From: Eledone cirrhosa
Taxonomy: Eukaryota
Direction of reading: 5' to 3'
Assembly (NCBI GenBank): GCA_964016885.1
Contig: OZ024754.1
Span: forward strand, 7,812,001 to 7,876,000
Length of the DNA stretch: 64,000 nucleotides
The translations under genes were made by a program, and so were the position numbers. Each line of letters starts with the position of its first letter. Positions within the stretch are counted from its first letter, which is position 1. The notes under the pieces are model-generated. The model ran no database searches. It saw only the letters and a list, made by a program, of their open reading frames with translations, and had not been told where the DNA came from. Positions 41,951-54,808 of this stretch are shown piece after piece.

Positions 41951-42534
41951 CATATCTGAGATCAATTGTTGAGTCCATTTCGGCTGACGCCGCTGGTTGA
42001 TGGTGATGATGATGATGATATGTACTTTCTAAAAAATGTCTTTATTCCCCTATGTATGAGTAAAAAAATATTAGGCTGAACTAGACTGCTTCTTCTAGCA
42101 ACTATGGTACTCGCCACTAGTCTACCCTTTGTTAACCATCTGCATTGACTGTAACACATGTCTTAGAATCAATAAAGAATATAAAAGCTACTTTTTAAAT
42201 ACATGCACTGAGATCGGATATCGACAATCAGAATGAACTAATTTGTGTCGCTTCATTCTAAATAGTATGTGAGCTCTTTAGGACTTTTCTTTCATACATC
42301 GATAATATATTTATCTGTACTGTATTAACTGAATAACTGAATAGAATTCGCCATTCTCCACAGGATTCACATCGGGTTGTGTGGCACTTTGTTATAGTTG
42401 TTGAATACAATAAATTACATGACTAACGTATCATTTATAATAGATATTTGATTATAGAGTACAGATGACCATATTGCAGATAGATAGATAGTGGGAGAGA
42501 AAGTGAGAGATATATAGTGAGAGAGAGATATAGT

Positions 42535-42582
<48 letters not shown>

Positions 42583-42757
42583 GTGGGAGAGAGCGAGAGA
42601 TAGTGAGAGAGATGGGGTGAGATAGAGATAGAGAGATAGATAGATAAGATAGATAGATAGATATAGATACATAGATATGGATATAGATATAGGTAGATAG
42701 ATATATAGAGATATATAGATTGATATAGATAGATAGAGAGAGAGATAAGAGAGAAAG

Positions 42758-42790
<33 letters not shown>

Positions 42791-43156
42791 TATAGAGAGA
42801 GAGATAAAGAGAACGGAAGATAGAGAGATAGATAAAGATAGCGGAGGAGAGATAGTGAGAGAGAGAGAGAGATAAAATAGATAGATGGATAGATAGATAA
42901 ATTTCTATTTATTTCCACAAGAGCACAAAAGAAGGGGACAAATACAAGGGGGGTGGATAATTACGGAGATTTCCTTCCTGTTAGTGGCAATTGATGTTCG
43001 ACATCCTGATTCCTATGTGAATGTAAGTATTTAACCATCATTTAGTGGGCTTAGACATCATATCTAAGACATATATCTCATACAGACATTTTCTCTCGTT
43101 AGAACTGATTAACGAGACTATTATATTAGACATACAAGTATATATAACACCCAAGT

Positions 43157-43209
43157 AATCGTTAAAGCACAGAGTACATTGCGAGTGAGAGAGGTACTGA
43201 AGTCACCAA

Positions 43210-43268
<59 letters not shown>

Positions 43269-43525
43269 ACACACAGAAACAAGATGGCGTAGGACAGAAC
43301 AAAGGAGTGGCACAAAAACAAAGATAAGAATCCCCAGTCACTGAAGAGATCACAGAATGTGTGACGAAATAACTTTGACAATATATAAACAACCATCCGG
43401 TTGTGGAACCAACCAACCAACCGGAAATTTATAAATTCCTAAATTTATAAATTTATTATAATAAATTGAAGTGAAAGCATCTGGTGCGTGTGTTTCTTAT
43501 TGGCAACATGACCCTCCCAAAGTAT

Positions 43526-43574
<49 letters not shown>

Positions 43575-43628
43575 CTTGGTGCACTTCAGTACCTCTCTCA
43601 CTCCCAATGTATTCTGTGCTTTAACGAT
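43157..43628. mobile_element. Inverted-repeat pair (43157-43210 / 43575-43628) enclosing a pLTR family D copy (hammerhead 43337-43379)
   Basis: ATCGTTAAAGCACAGAGTACATTG..GAGAGGTACTGAAG and its reverse complement; inner GTCA-CTGAAGA-GA-TCAC-AGAATGT-GTGA-C-GAAATAACTT-TGAC. Confidence 0.7.
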
Positions 43629-43949
43629 GACTACTAGAAAGAAATATACTTTTCTGTTAGAATATTCAAAGCCACACTATGTTTTACGCAAATAACGTTT
43701 TGCTTTGGTTCTAGTATGTGATGCAATCTTTTCAAATTCCTCCTTGTTGCATGTGAATGGTCAACTCTTTATCTATCTCTCTATCTATCTATCTCTTATT
43801 TATCTATCTATCTCACTTTGTATCTATCTATCTCACTATCTATCTATCAATATATCTACATCTAACTATATCCATATCTATCTATATCTATCTTATCTAT
43901 ACATCTTATCTATACATCTTATCTCTCTCTATATATATATAAATAAATA

Positions 43950-44090
43950 ATAGGATAAATATATTTTCAGTAGAAAATGTTGAAGGGATTTTTTCAGTGA
44001 AATATCAAAACATTAATTTTTTTACAATACCGGTTTCAGCATTAAATGCATTGTCGATTGCGGATATGCAGCATGTTGTTAAGTTGCATA
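43950..44090 (-). mobile_element. pLTR-like family F, degraded
   Basis: Minus strand GCATTTAATGCT-GAAACCGGTA; matches 51270-51333 plus 51740-51825. Confidence 0.6.
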
Positions 44091-44227
44091 TGGCTGGAAC
44101 AGATAAAAGAGTAAAAGAGTGATAGAGTGATAAAAATAAACAGGGGAAGAAAAATTAATTTTCACATACATGTTCATTCAGAGAAGAGAGTTCATTTATC
44201 TGTCCACCCTTCTCTGCTAATATATTT

Positions 44228-44326
44228 AATATATAATATAGAAATGGCTTCTACATGACTAGAACTGTTTCATTCGGGAGAAACCATCAGGAGAGTCCTG
44301 TAGAAGCCATTTCTATATCATATATT
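44228..44326 (-). ncRNA. Hammerhead-like motif closed by a ~30-bp helix
   Basis: TATAGAAATGGCTTCTACA..GACT / AGTC..TGTAGAAGCCATTTCTATA encloses minus-strand CTGATGG..GAAACAGTT; partial relative at 745-810; non-canonical G at core position 9. Confidence 0.45.
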
Positions 44327-44446
44327 ATATATTTATACTCTTCTATGTATTGAGTACCGTACTTACTCAGGATACCCCCGATTTAACCCGGGATAAACAT
44401 ATTTATCTATCTCTATATATATGAATTATTTACATATATATATATA

Positions 44447-44797
44447 TTGTTATACTTTGGGAGGGGTCATGCTGCCAATAAAAACACGCACGTGTTGGTT
44501 TTCACTTCAATTTATTATAAGTAAATAAACACATAAATAAACGAATAAAACACACAGACGGATGTAACGCGTTTGCAAACTAAGCACAACACGGTTAGGA
44601 CAGAACAAAGGAGAAAAACAAAAAATAAAATCCATGTCACTGAGGAGATCACAGAATGTGTGACGAAAGAGCTTTGGCAATGTATAAACAAACTTCCCGT
44701 TATCGAACCAACCAACCTGAAATGTATAATACATTGAAGTGAAATCCAACAGGTTCGTGTGTTTTTATTGGCAGCATGACCCTCCCAAAGTATAACA
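44447..44797 (+). mobile_element. pLTR family D copy (hammerhead 44635-44679) with inverted tail upstream
   Basis: 44447-44511 is the reverse complement of 44733-44797; TGTCA-CTGAGGA-GA-TCAC..GTGA-C-GAAAGAGCTT-TGGCA. Confidence 0.72.
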
Positions 44798-44886
44798 AAA
44801 TCTGTTTCAACACACGTTTTCAGATAAGAAATCTCGGAAAACAAATTCAAAATCGAATTATATATATATGTATATATATATATATA

Positions 44887-45099
44887 TAGCAAAAGAGTCA
44901 GGACCACGACGGCTGAGCTTCGGCCGTTTCGACAGCTAGATCGGAACAATTCGGTTCTAGCTGTCGAAACGGCCGGAGCTCAGCCGTCGGGGTCCTGACT
45001 CTTTTTGTATTACCCACTCTACTACCCTATGTATGGAGTACTCTGGTGCCTTATGGTCCACCTGGTATCTTACATACATATAACAAAAAAGGTGTGGTA
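44887..45099. mobile_element. Asymmetric hairpin element subtype A
   Basis: Arms plus tail; the tail end is followed by an inverted stub TAACAAAAAAGGTGTGGTA. Confidence 0.85.
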
Positions 45100-46009
45100 T
45101 GTATGTATGTATGTGTGTGTATATATATAAATGTGGTTACTCTGTACGTGTGTAGAAAGTGATATTTTTTCTCCTGTCTCTCTCTGCCAGTCCACACGCT
45201 TGTGTGTGTGTGTGTGTTTATATGTGTGTGTCTGTGTATCAGGGTGGGGTTACTCTGAATGTGTGTAGAATTATGTTTATAGACCAAAAAATAACGTTTT
45301 GAACCAATTCAAACATAAGAAACTATTTTAAAGAAATAAAACCCAATGGTGTTTATTATATATATAGGAAATGTAATAAAATTCTATGTTATGCTGGATT
45401 TAATGTTTCTTTACTATGAGGTTTATGGCAATAATATTCGTTATTCACTGGGACAGTTAACAGAAACATCGACTTCCATTTATTTTATTGACATTTTATA
45501 GGAAAGTTTACATTAACGATTTGTTGTGCAAAAAATAACAAAATTATAGGGCTAAGAAAATCTAAGACATTATTCTTGTTTGAACATGATATCCTGCTAA
45601 TAAAATAGTGTTAGAGATTATGTTACTAAATCATACTTCTTTATAATCGTCAGTCCACATTTAGAATGTGGTAGTAATTAAAATAAAAAGAGACGAGATT
45701 CCACCAAGAATAGATGTAATTATAAACACAAAAATACTAAGACGACATCATGTTATGTAAAGCCCAAGAAGATAAATGACAAACAGGATTAATTATGAAT
45801 TAAAATAACCACTCCTTTACGCTAATTCTTTTCTTTGCTGACACAATTATATTGAAGGAAAGACGGAGGAGGTGACAGTGGGAGTTTGGTTCCTTTGTGT
45901 TCGAATCAGGTGTGTATATATGTGTGTATATAAGAGAGAAGGAGTCTAAAAGCTGTTTCCTGTAATTGGAATTATAATTCACTTGGACTAACTTTTATTT
46001 TATTAAATT

Positions 46010-46192
46010 GAATTGGCAGTATCGTTAGAGGGTCAGACGCCATGCATTGACGCATAGAGTTATGGCACTTGCCATTCTGAGTTCAAATCCCGCCGAGGTT
46101 AACTTTGCCTTTCACCCTTACGAGGTCGATAAAATAAAGTACTAGTAATGTACTGGGTAATTGCTGGCCTTGTGCCAATAGTAGAAACAATT
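46010..46192 (+). mobile_element. SINE family 1 copy
   Basis: Near full-length. Confidence 0.9.
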
Positions 46193-46269
46193 ATATTGAA
46201 TGTGTTATTTTTTTTATTTTTTAGGGATAAAGATGTGCATCAATATGAAGAGAGAAAACGAGAAATGTC

Positions 46270-46395
46270 TTAAACACTCCCCATCATCCACCGGGGAAAC
46301 GCCTTCTTTATTCTATCCACCAGAGCCGCGGAGCACCCAGCACTTGGGACCCCATTTGCTCACAATAGTAAGATATAGGGAGAGCTGGAGAGACT
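46270..46395. mobile_element. Degraded, rearranged CRE-like 3' fragment
   Basis: GAAACGCCTTCTTTATTCTATCCACCAGAGCCGCGG..GGGACCCCATTTGCTCACAA resembles the reverse complement of 5760-5835. Confidence 0.5.
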
Positions 46396-46453
46396 TGGTG
46401 TATATACGTAAAATATAACACACACACACACACTAATGCGTATCACTCAGACA

Positions 46454-46503
<50 letters not shown>

Positions 46504-46629
46504 CAACAAAGAGGGTGTGGTAAGATACCAGATTATAATTAAAGATTTCTGTCTGCTCTTTAAGCCGACAGAATAAAATACATATTTTTTCATTTATTAC
46601 ACTCAATGAATTTAAGTTTACTCAATAAT

Positions 46630-46813
46630 TATTTCTACTTTTGGTACAAGGCCAGCAATTACCCAGTACATTACTGGTACTTTATTTTATCGACCCCGTA
46701 AGGATGAAAGGCAAAGTTAACCTCGGCGGGATTTGAACTAAGACTGTAAAGGGAAGTAACTATGCTGGAAAGCATGGCGTCCGACTCTCTACTGGTACTG
46801 CCAATCCACCGCC
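46630..46813 (-). mobile_element. SINE family 1 copy with TSD ACTCAATAAT
   Basis: TSD at 46620-46629 and 46814-46823. Confidence 0.92.
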
Positions 46814-47058
46814 ACTCAATAATACCGGCTGTTTCGATTGGTATGTCATTATTGAAAAGTCTGTTTTCATATGTTGTGGGTTGTTAAACATGTGGGTAAT
46901 TTCGGTTAAAGATTATTCCTACATGGCAATGTGGAGAGGAAGCAGCCGTGCGCAGCTCAGGATTCAATGGATTTACTAAAGAATTTATTTATGCTGTGAA
47001 TACACAGGTGAAACGTCAGAGCAACTGAATCCATCAGTTAACCATAAAAATACATATA

Positions 47059-47213
47059 TAACAAAGAGGGTGTAGTAAGATACCAGGTGGACCTTAATGC
47101 ACCAGAGTACTCAATACTTCGGGTAGTAGAGTGGGTAAAAGGAAAAGATCCGAACTAGATCTAGCAGTCGAAACGGCCAGAGCTCAGCCGTCGGGGTCCT
47201 GACTCTTTTCCTA
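47059..47213. mobile_element. Hairpin element subtype A with most of the left arm deleted
   Basis: Tail-GGAAAAGA joined directly to TCCGAACTAGATCTAG and the right arm. Confidence 0.8.
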
Positions 47214-48134
47214 TATATAGAGAAATACAGAGAGAGGATTCGATTGAGAGGGATGAAACTAAATCTCAGTTACACACTAACAACCTTGCAAGGAACAATT
47301 ATTTACGCCGCATGAAAACAATTTCAGACGTAGACCTCATAAGCCCCCACAGAGACAGGGTAAATGTAATCTTTACATATATATTCCCTAAAATATATAT
47401 ATATATATATATATCCACGTAAAAGAGCGAAAACAAATTATATATATTATACGTATTCAAATGTTTCCATCTTTCACTATATTTTCAAGGCGCCATAAAT
47501 ATTCCGTATTTTACTTTTCCATTTTTACAGCAAAAACAAAAAAGAATACAAATTATGTACGCAAATTATATGATGTTATTTTATTCTTTTTTTTTGATTT
47601 GGTAGCATAAAAGCTTCTCTGCACTTTCATTTTTTTTTATTAACGATACTTCAAACGTCTGCGAAGCTGATACAATTCGGTAGTAGTCCTATAAGCAGAG
47701 AATCTCATAAAACCTTTGTTACTAATTTAACATATCTATTTACTGGTTAAATATTGCTTCGACTTCTGGCAGTTCAATTGTTGTTTTCTACTTAAGCACT
47801 TTCAAATTTCTTTTAAATTATCTTTCTGTAGCAAATCACTGTATCTAAGTACCAATTAGTACTCTTCAGTAAATCATTCGACAAGAAAGATTGAAGCTGT
47901 ACATCAGACGGAGATGAAGTAGAAATAAATGTAAGATATTAACTATGATACAAGTATTATCAGAATGTCTGGTTTGCTACAGTGATATAAGATATTTTAT
48001 ATATCCTCGTGGGAATACAGTTTGTGTTATCATCCATCATTGTCTTAACAAGGGCGTGTATGCGGTAATGTTTTCTCTCTTTTACTCACTGTTTCCGTCT
48101 CTCTCACTCACCTCATATCTCAATATTACATGGA

Positions 48135-48305
48135 AATGGCCGCCCCATGACCCCGGCGGACGTAATAGAGAAAGCGTTTCTCTAGAGGATGTTGAGGGAG
48201 ACGCATTGGAAGAGTCATTCCGGCTCACACCTGCGGGTAGCCAACTCTAAGCCGATGGTGGCGAATAGAGTGGTGGTCCTAGGGCCAAGGACACCAGAAG
48301 TTTCC
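48135..48305 (-). mobile_element. CRE-like LINE 3' fragment
   Basis: Aligns to 5785-5965 (CTAGGGCCAAGGACACCAGAAG). Confidence 0.7.
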
Positions 48306-48951
48306 ATATTCCGGAATTTATACTCGAAAATCAAGGTAATGGTAAAAGTAAATTGTGCATCTTAAGTATAGTCAATGTAGGGCGAATATATAATATTCTC
48401 TGCCTTCTCGAAGGGAAACTGTTGGATATTGAGTTATTTCTTCCCAGTGTATTTTACGATAGAACTAATAACATCGGTGACTTCAGCAATTAAATACGTT
48501 TTCGTGCCTAGAATTTTTCATCAGCCTGTACTGGTTTGATATGGCATTAATACTTAATGCCCTGCAGTGCATGAAATTGCATTAACAAGATATTGTTGTA
48601 AAGTATAAAACAGCACTTCGAAGTAGTTAGCATACATTAGAAGTAAAACAATAAACGGTTTTATATTCTTTCCTGCTCAAAACATTACTTGAGGTTAAGA
48701 ACTAATCAACTAAAATAAATACACTTTCTTGGAAGGAATGTTAATAAAACCCAAGATTAATTCCAGCTGCTGCTGTTGGCTTTCATTTTCAGCTGAGAAG
48801 AGTGGATCAACGTATGATAAATGTACGAGTCATAACATATATCTGGGCCCAGGAATTGATCTCATAGCCATGAGATCGTAAAGCCACTACCATAACTAAA
48901 TATCAGGTCAGGTATGAATTACAGATTCCATCAATAACAAATGCATTTAGT

Positions 48952-49170
48952 TTACTTCTTCTTCGCCCGCTTATTCCTAAGAGGGACGTGAGGGCAGAGT
49001 CCTCAAACACTTCCAGTGGGTGCTGTTGGGGGCACGCGTCTCCAACTCATGCGGCCGGATCCCCAAGCGTGACCGGCCAATCTCATGGATGTTTTTTTCA
49101 CGATTTGCTCGGGGCCTATCTCTAGGTTTCTGGTCTGTTGGTTTTTCCCATAAAATCTGCCCAACGATTC
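48952..49170 (-). mobile_element. RTE-like LINE extreme 3' fragment
   Basis: ILWEKPTDQKPRDRPRANR..LGI..W..LPSRPS* followed by AAGCGGGCGAAGAAGAA tail. Confidence 0.6.
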
Positions 49171-49225
49171 TTTTTTTTACGGGTAAAACTAACCCCCAAG
49201 AGACCCAGGGGTAGACCCCGAGCAA

Positions 49226-49416
49226 GATGGTTGGATTGGCAGTATCGGTAGAGGGTCGGACGCCATGCTTTGACGCATAGAGTTACGGCCCTTGCCATTC
49301 TGAGTTCAAATCCCGCCGAGGTTAACTTGGCCTTTCATCCTTATGGGGTCGATAAAATAAAGTACCAGTAATACACTGGGTAATTGCTAGCCTTGTGCCA
49401 AAAGTAGAAACAATTA
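49226..49416 (+). mobile_element. SINE family 1 copy
   Basis: Full-length; shares TGACGCATAG and CTTGCCATTC variants with the 46010 copy. Confidence 0.9.
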
Positions 49417-49517
49417 TTTCATACCTCATGGATAACTAAATATCTCAAAACTGTATGAAATTGAAATCACAATTTTCCTTAAAATTGCTGGCCTTGTGCC
49501 TAAATCAGGAACTATTG

Positions 49518-49892
49518 AGTAGTAGTAATAGTAATGATAGTAGAAGTACTAGTAGTAATAGTAGTAGTATTAGTAGTAGTAGCAGCAGCAGCAGTACAAG
49601 TAGTCCCAGTAGTAGTACTAACAGCTGCAGCAGTAGCAGTAGTGGCAGTAGTAGTAGCAGTGGCAGTAGTAGTGGTAATACTAGTAGTAGCAGTCATAGT
49701 AGTAGTAGTAGTATTACTACTAGTAGTAGTAGCACTAGCAGCAGTAGTAGTACCAGTAGTGGCAGTAGTAGTGGCAGTAGTAGTAGCAGTAGTAGTAGTA
49801 GTATTAGCAACAGCAATAGTGGTAGTAGTAGCAGCAGCAATAGTGGTAGTAGTAGCAGCAGTAGTGGCAGAAGCAGCAGTAGTAGTAGCAGT
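49518..49892. repeat. Degenerate (AGT/AGC)n trinucleotide array
   Basis: Direct reading; starts right after a SINE-1 tail fragment at 49483-49516. Confidence 0.95.
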
Positions 49893-50265
49893 ATCTCTAA
49901 ACTACGATTCTAAGAGTCTTTTAAAAATTAGAGACACTGTTTTAATATAAAATATTGAATATTAAATTAAGTCTGATTTATGCGATATTCATATATTAAT
50001 GTGTGTTTTTATTTATATTTAGTATTTTATTATGTTTTACATTTATAATATATTTATTTCACCACAGATATTTCTCAAATTTTATTATAAATGTTGGAAA
50101 TTTAGACAAACATTGCTAATCAGTTTAATAAATCACTTCTGGAAATTTTCAGAGAACATTCTGAGGTTTCTTTCGTATTTGCTTTCTTTGTTCCCTTGTT
50201 CCTTACTTAATAAATATTTATATTTCATTGCACAATATTACTTTGCATATATATATATATATATA

Positions 50266-50455
50266 TAGGAACCAGTAAGACCCCGACGGCTGAGCTCAAG
50301 CCGTTTCGACGGCTAATTCTCATGAATTAGCCGTCGAAACGGCTTGAGCTCAGCCGTCGGGGTCTTACTGGTTCCTATTACCCACTCTACTACCCCAAGT
50401 ATTGAGTACTTTGGTGCGTTATGGTCCACCTGGTTCCTTACCACATTTCCTTCGT

Positions 50456-50457
<2 letters not shown>
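50266..50457. mobile_element. Asymmetric hairpin element subtype B, intact
   Basis: Perfect arms around apex ..AATTCTCATGAATT..; near-identical to 19030-19231 in the opposite orientation. Confidence 0.92.
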
Positions 50458-50487
<30 letters not shown>

Positions 50488-50549
50488 TGTATGCATGCAT
50501 GCATGCATGCATGCATGCATGCATGTATGCATGTATGTATGTATGTATG

Positions 50550-50770
50550 TAAAAGGTGAGCAGAAATAACAGAATCGGCACAGTATATGGAAGGAATATA
50601 TTAGGTTAACACTTGAAATAGCAGGAAGAGTGTCTTAACGTTTTGGACGCTAGTCCTTCATCAGAAGAAAGAATGACAAAAAAGATAGATTGAAGGGACG
50701 GGCGGTGTGGAATCGGAAAAATGTCTTTAGATAAAAATAAGAGGTCCATTCATGTTGCCATCTCTTGGAA
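50550..50770 (-). mobile_element. pLTR family B copy, hammerhead 50633-50668 with GAAAC changed to AAAAC
   Basis: Minus strand TCTT-CTGATGA-A-GGAC-TAGC-GTCC-AAAACGTT-AAGA. Confidence 0.7.
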
Positions 50771-50790
50771 AACATGTGTGCGCGCGTGTG

Positions 50791-50826
<36 letters not shown>

Positions 50827-50897
50827 TGTATGTATATATATAAGTTTATGTATATGTATGTATGGGTATATATATGTATATGTATGTAAGTATATAA

Positions 50898-50928
<31 letters not shown>

Positions 50929-50999
50929 AATATGCACACCTACATATATATATATATATATACATACACACACATAAATACATATATACGTATGGGTAT

Positions 51000-51042
51000 A
51001 CAGTCCTGATGAAGGGTAATGACCCGGAAACATGTTGATTGT
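51000..51042 (+). ncRNA. Minimal type I hammerhead ribozyme (family C)
   Basis: ACAGTC-CTGATGA-A-GGGT-AATG-ACCC-G-GAAAC-AT-GT-T-GATTGT; palindromic AACATGTT. Confidence 0.7.
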
Positions 51043-51344
51043 TCTTCAAAGCGAGTGTTGAACAAACAGGTAACGATCGGTCACCGACAGGTACAGTTTC
51101 AAATCGGACCGTTTATATACGAAGGAATCGAACATTATTATTAATGTTAGATATAACCCACACGTACATATGTATATATTTGTGTGTATAACAGAGAATA
51201 AAGGACACGAACAGAGATATGAACTCTCCTCTCTAAATATGTATGTAAAAACTAATAATTTTTTTTTCCCTGCAACATAACCACATTATGCATCTCCGCA
51301 GTTGAAAAAGCATATAATGCTGAAACCGGTACCATTATTAAATA

Positions 51345-51721
51345 GGGCGGTGAATTGGCAGTATCGGTAGAGGGTCGGACATGCTTTCCAGCATAGTTAC
51401 GTCCCCTTACGATCTGAGTTCAAATCCCGCCGAGGTTAACTTTGCCTTTCATCCTTACGGGGTCGATAAAATAAAGTACCAATAATGAACTGAATAATTG
51501 CTGGCCTTGTGCCTAAAGTAGAAACAATTATTAAATAGGGCGGTGAATTGGCAGTATCGGTAGAGGGTTGGACGCCATGCTTTCCAGCATAGTTACGTCC
51601 CCTTACGATCTGAGTTCAAATCCCGCCGAGGTTAACTTTGCCTTTCATCCTTGCGGGGGTCGATAAAATAAAGTACCAGTAACGTACTGGGTAATTGCTG
51701 GCCTTGTGCTAAAAGTAGAAA
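51345..51721 (+). mobile_element. Two head-to-tail SINE family 1 copies (51345-51526, 51538-51721) inside pLTR family F
   Basis: ATTATTAAAT occurs three times (51334, 51527, 51722); the host repeat resumes after 51731. Confidence 0.92.
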
Positions 51722-51922
51722 ATTATTAAATGCAGAAATATCCACTTTCTAAATAAATGTTTTGATATCATACTGAAAGAATCTCTTCAGCATTTTCTAC
51801 TGAAAAAAATCTTTTTCCCCTATACTATTTGTGATACATATATATATTTATATTTATACGTGTGCATACTTACATTTATCTATCAACTGTGCTAGAGCGA
51901 GAAATAAAATTCTCATTTTATT

Positions 51923-51965
<43 letters not shown>

Positions 51966-52034
51966 CAGAACATTAATAAGTAAACGAATATCAAACTCAC
52001 CATTATACGTTACATTTCATATGACACATAAATA

Positions 52035-52134
52035 CAGGGTGTCCTCCCCAAAATGTATCCATACTTAAACAGCATTCTAATAAATATTGCCTGTACGGGC
52101 AATTAAAGTGTATATACATTCTTGGGGACACTTG
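52035..52134. mobile_element. Tc1/mariner-like MITE relic
   Basis: TA-CAGGGTGTCCTCCCCAAAATGTAT..ATACATTCTTGGGGACACTTG. Confidence 0.55.
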
Positions 52135-52729
52135 CATATACAACAGTAAAGCAGTGAAGCATATTTACATATTTTATATGCTCCTATGTTTTATTTACAC
52201 CTACACATATATTGCATGTTTCAGATATTTCTACAGATAGCAGCTAAAAACCTCTATAAAGGTAATTTGCATTTATCATTCAAGCGTAGATGTTTGGATT
52301 CAGTCATTCTGTTTTTAACAGCAACTTTTATAAGCTTTATGATATCAGATGTCCTGTATATTATATATGATAATTATATTTGCATCTAAAAACATCATGA
52401 GCTTTAGACTAAAATAATTTATATGGGAAACAGTATATGTCATTATTCGATAATTGACATACTTTACAATCTCATGCATGTTATTTACGTTTGAAATGAT
52501 TTGAGTATCTTTCTGATTTAATTGGCTTTTGAATGTGAAAGGATTATGTTGAAAGCACGTAACTGAAGAAATTCGTTAAGTTCATCATTGAGAAAATATG
52601 GTGAATAAAACAATTTTATGTATTTTCTGAGAAATATTTCATGTTAACAAATAATTTGAAGGGAAATATAAGGTTTCATATTTCTACTAAACGAGTTCAC
52701 TCTCAAACCCTTACAAATCCTACATCGAC

Positions 52730-52947
52730 AGTCGATCGACTTTCGTCAAATCAGACTGAGGAAACAATGTTTCCGTTGGTCTTTCCAATTACTAGTACTC
52801 TCTGTCGTTCGCAACTCCAGGTAGAAGGAGCAACGTGAAATAAAGTGTCTTGCTCAAGGACATAACGCATCGCCCGGTCCGCGAATCGAACTCACAACCT
52901 CACGATGAGGAATCCAATTCTCTAACCACTCTGCCACACGCCTTCAC
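52730..52947 (-). mobile_element. SINE family 2 copy
   Basis: Matches 33478-33692. Confidence 0.85.
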
Positions 52948-53263
52948 AAACTAAATCCGACATACTATTAAATATATCTTTATTCTATCTCAAAATATCT
53001 ATGTACGATTATGTAAAAGGGCAAAGAGTAACGGCACCTTTCGTTTTACACCTAGAAAGTTCCACTCGAAAGCAGAATCATGCGCAAGGTTATAGAACAC
53101 CAGCTGTCACCCATACATGGTTTAATTTCTCGGTAAATTTCTAGTAAATTTAATCACCAATATGTTGTTTAATGCTTTCAGGGCTTCGTTAAAACAGGAA
53201 AAGCAGACGACATCGTATTTTATAGATACTTTATGAGTAGAAGACGGATAGAAGAACCTTTAG

Positions 53264-53484
53264 CCCTTTAGCAGTCACATGACTCTATATATACTATTGT
53301 ATGTTCACAGTAAAGGCTATATCTCTCATAATCATCTCACATAATATCGAATCTATGAGAGTTTGATGTTATTTATTTTGAGAACAATAGCTTACGGTCA
53401 GTATGAGCGGCCAGTTGTGGCTGGTTTGAACAGAAAGAGGTGAGAGAATTCTAGCCGGATATGGGCGGTTTAAATGCTAAAGAG
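53264..53484. mobile_element. piggyBac-like MITE relic
   Basis: TTAG-CCCTTTAGCA ... TGCTAAAGAG-TTAA, degenerate TTAA TSD and TIR. Confidence 0.6.
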
Positions 53485-54043
53485 TTAAACTGTCCACCTG
53501 CTTACAACAGAGGTCAGTATGTAAAGTACACAGAAATGTCAATTCCTAGGATACGACGGTTTAACTTAGCAAAGTTAAACGCGAGAGAAATAAAATGCAA
53601 TATTTAGCTCAGCGTCATATGAAATCGAGATCAAACTATATAAAATAAACGCAATGATGCTTCTTTTTAAAGTCTCAGCTACGTCAGCTATCGTAATTGT
53701 ACAGAACATGGTTATTTATGCAAAGGTTAACGTTTGAAATGAGTGCACTGTTTACATATTCACTGTTTACATATTCACTGTTCACATTTTCATAAAATGG
53801 AAATTGTTCTCCTGAATTATGCGATGTGACAGCTGATGCGTTTACATGAAAAAGAATCTGTACGGCAAAACTATAACCAAGAGAAATGTCTGAACTATTT
53901 GTCTTTCCTGGAGATAAAATCATTTAATAAATAATTTTGTAAAGCTTTATTGCTTCTCGGCATTACACTCTTTTACTCGATTTCGTAGTATCTGTCTATC
54001 TTTTTACCCCCGTCTTTTACACACTCTCTCTCTCTCTTTACCT

Positions 54044-54083
<40 letters not shown>

Positions 54084-54681
54084 AGGCTGTTATCCGATCT
54101 CTCCAAATCAGCAATTTTATCAGAATTCCTTGTGTCATATTTTCTCTAGACGTCTCTGTATTAATCATAGTTCTTTGATCTTTTATTTCACTTGTACCTT
54201 CAGCTATGTGAATTCAATATGCACTCAAATATATTGCTTTAACAACAACCTCTCAATTTGACATCTCATACAGCTGATGCTGTATCAACAAATACAATAA
54301 GAGGTCAATCTTTTATAATAATCAATGGCATGAATAGAGGACACCCAGTTATGTTTATTCCATTCCTTCATATTTGTTAAAAATTTAATAACTTCAATAG
54401 AACTACCTCTTTTGAAGACATGAGTCATTTTGACGACTGTTGGTTCTTGAACGAGTTAATCGCCTACAACTAGTGAAGCAATACCGTAAATAAGCCATGA
54501 CAAGGAGGGATTAAAGCTGAGCTTCATAATGGCGATATTTTCCCATTCATTCCATATTAGATGCCAGACACACATACACACTCGCGCTTATGTATGTATG
54601 TGTGTGTGTGTGTTCCGAAGAGATTGTTTTGGTAAAAACAGGAGCAAGCAGGAGATTTTATCTATATATATATATATATAT

Positions 54682-54808
54682 ATAGGAAAAAAATCAGGAA
54701 CCCCGATGGCGTGAACTCCGGACGTTTCGTCGGGGTTCTGAGTCTTTTCCTATTACCCACTCTACTACCCTAAGTATTGAGTACTCCGGTGCGTTATGCG
54801 TCTTTGTT
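54682..54808. mobile_element. Hairpin element subtype A with apex deleted
   Basis: Left arm to CGTTTC joined to GTCGGGG of the right arm, then tail. Confidence 0.75.

Noticed and set aside
47832-47930. Exon-like segment (TTTCTGTAG..GTAAGA); similar candidates near 32057-32129, 33084-33202, 24777-24893 and 62419-62514(-)
   Set aside because: Stops in all frames or unrecognised short peptides; such splice-like matches are expected by chance in AT-rich DNA
49455-49950. Ser-rich and Val-rich ORFs
   Set aside because: Produced by the (AGT)n array; the N-terminus derives from a SINE tail
53684-53923. ORF with repeated VNSEY
   Set aside because: A 15-bp tandem duplication in an otherwise unrecognisable short ORF
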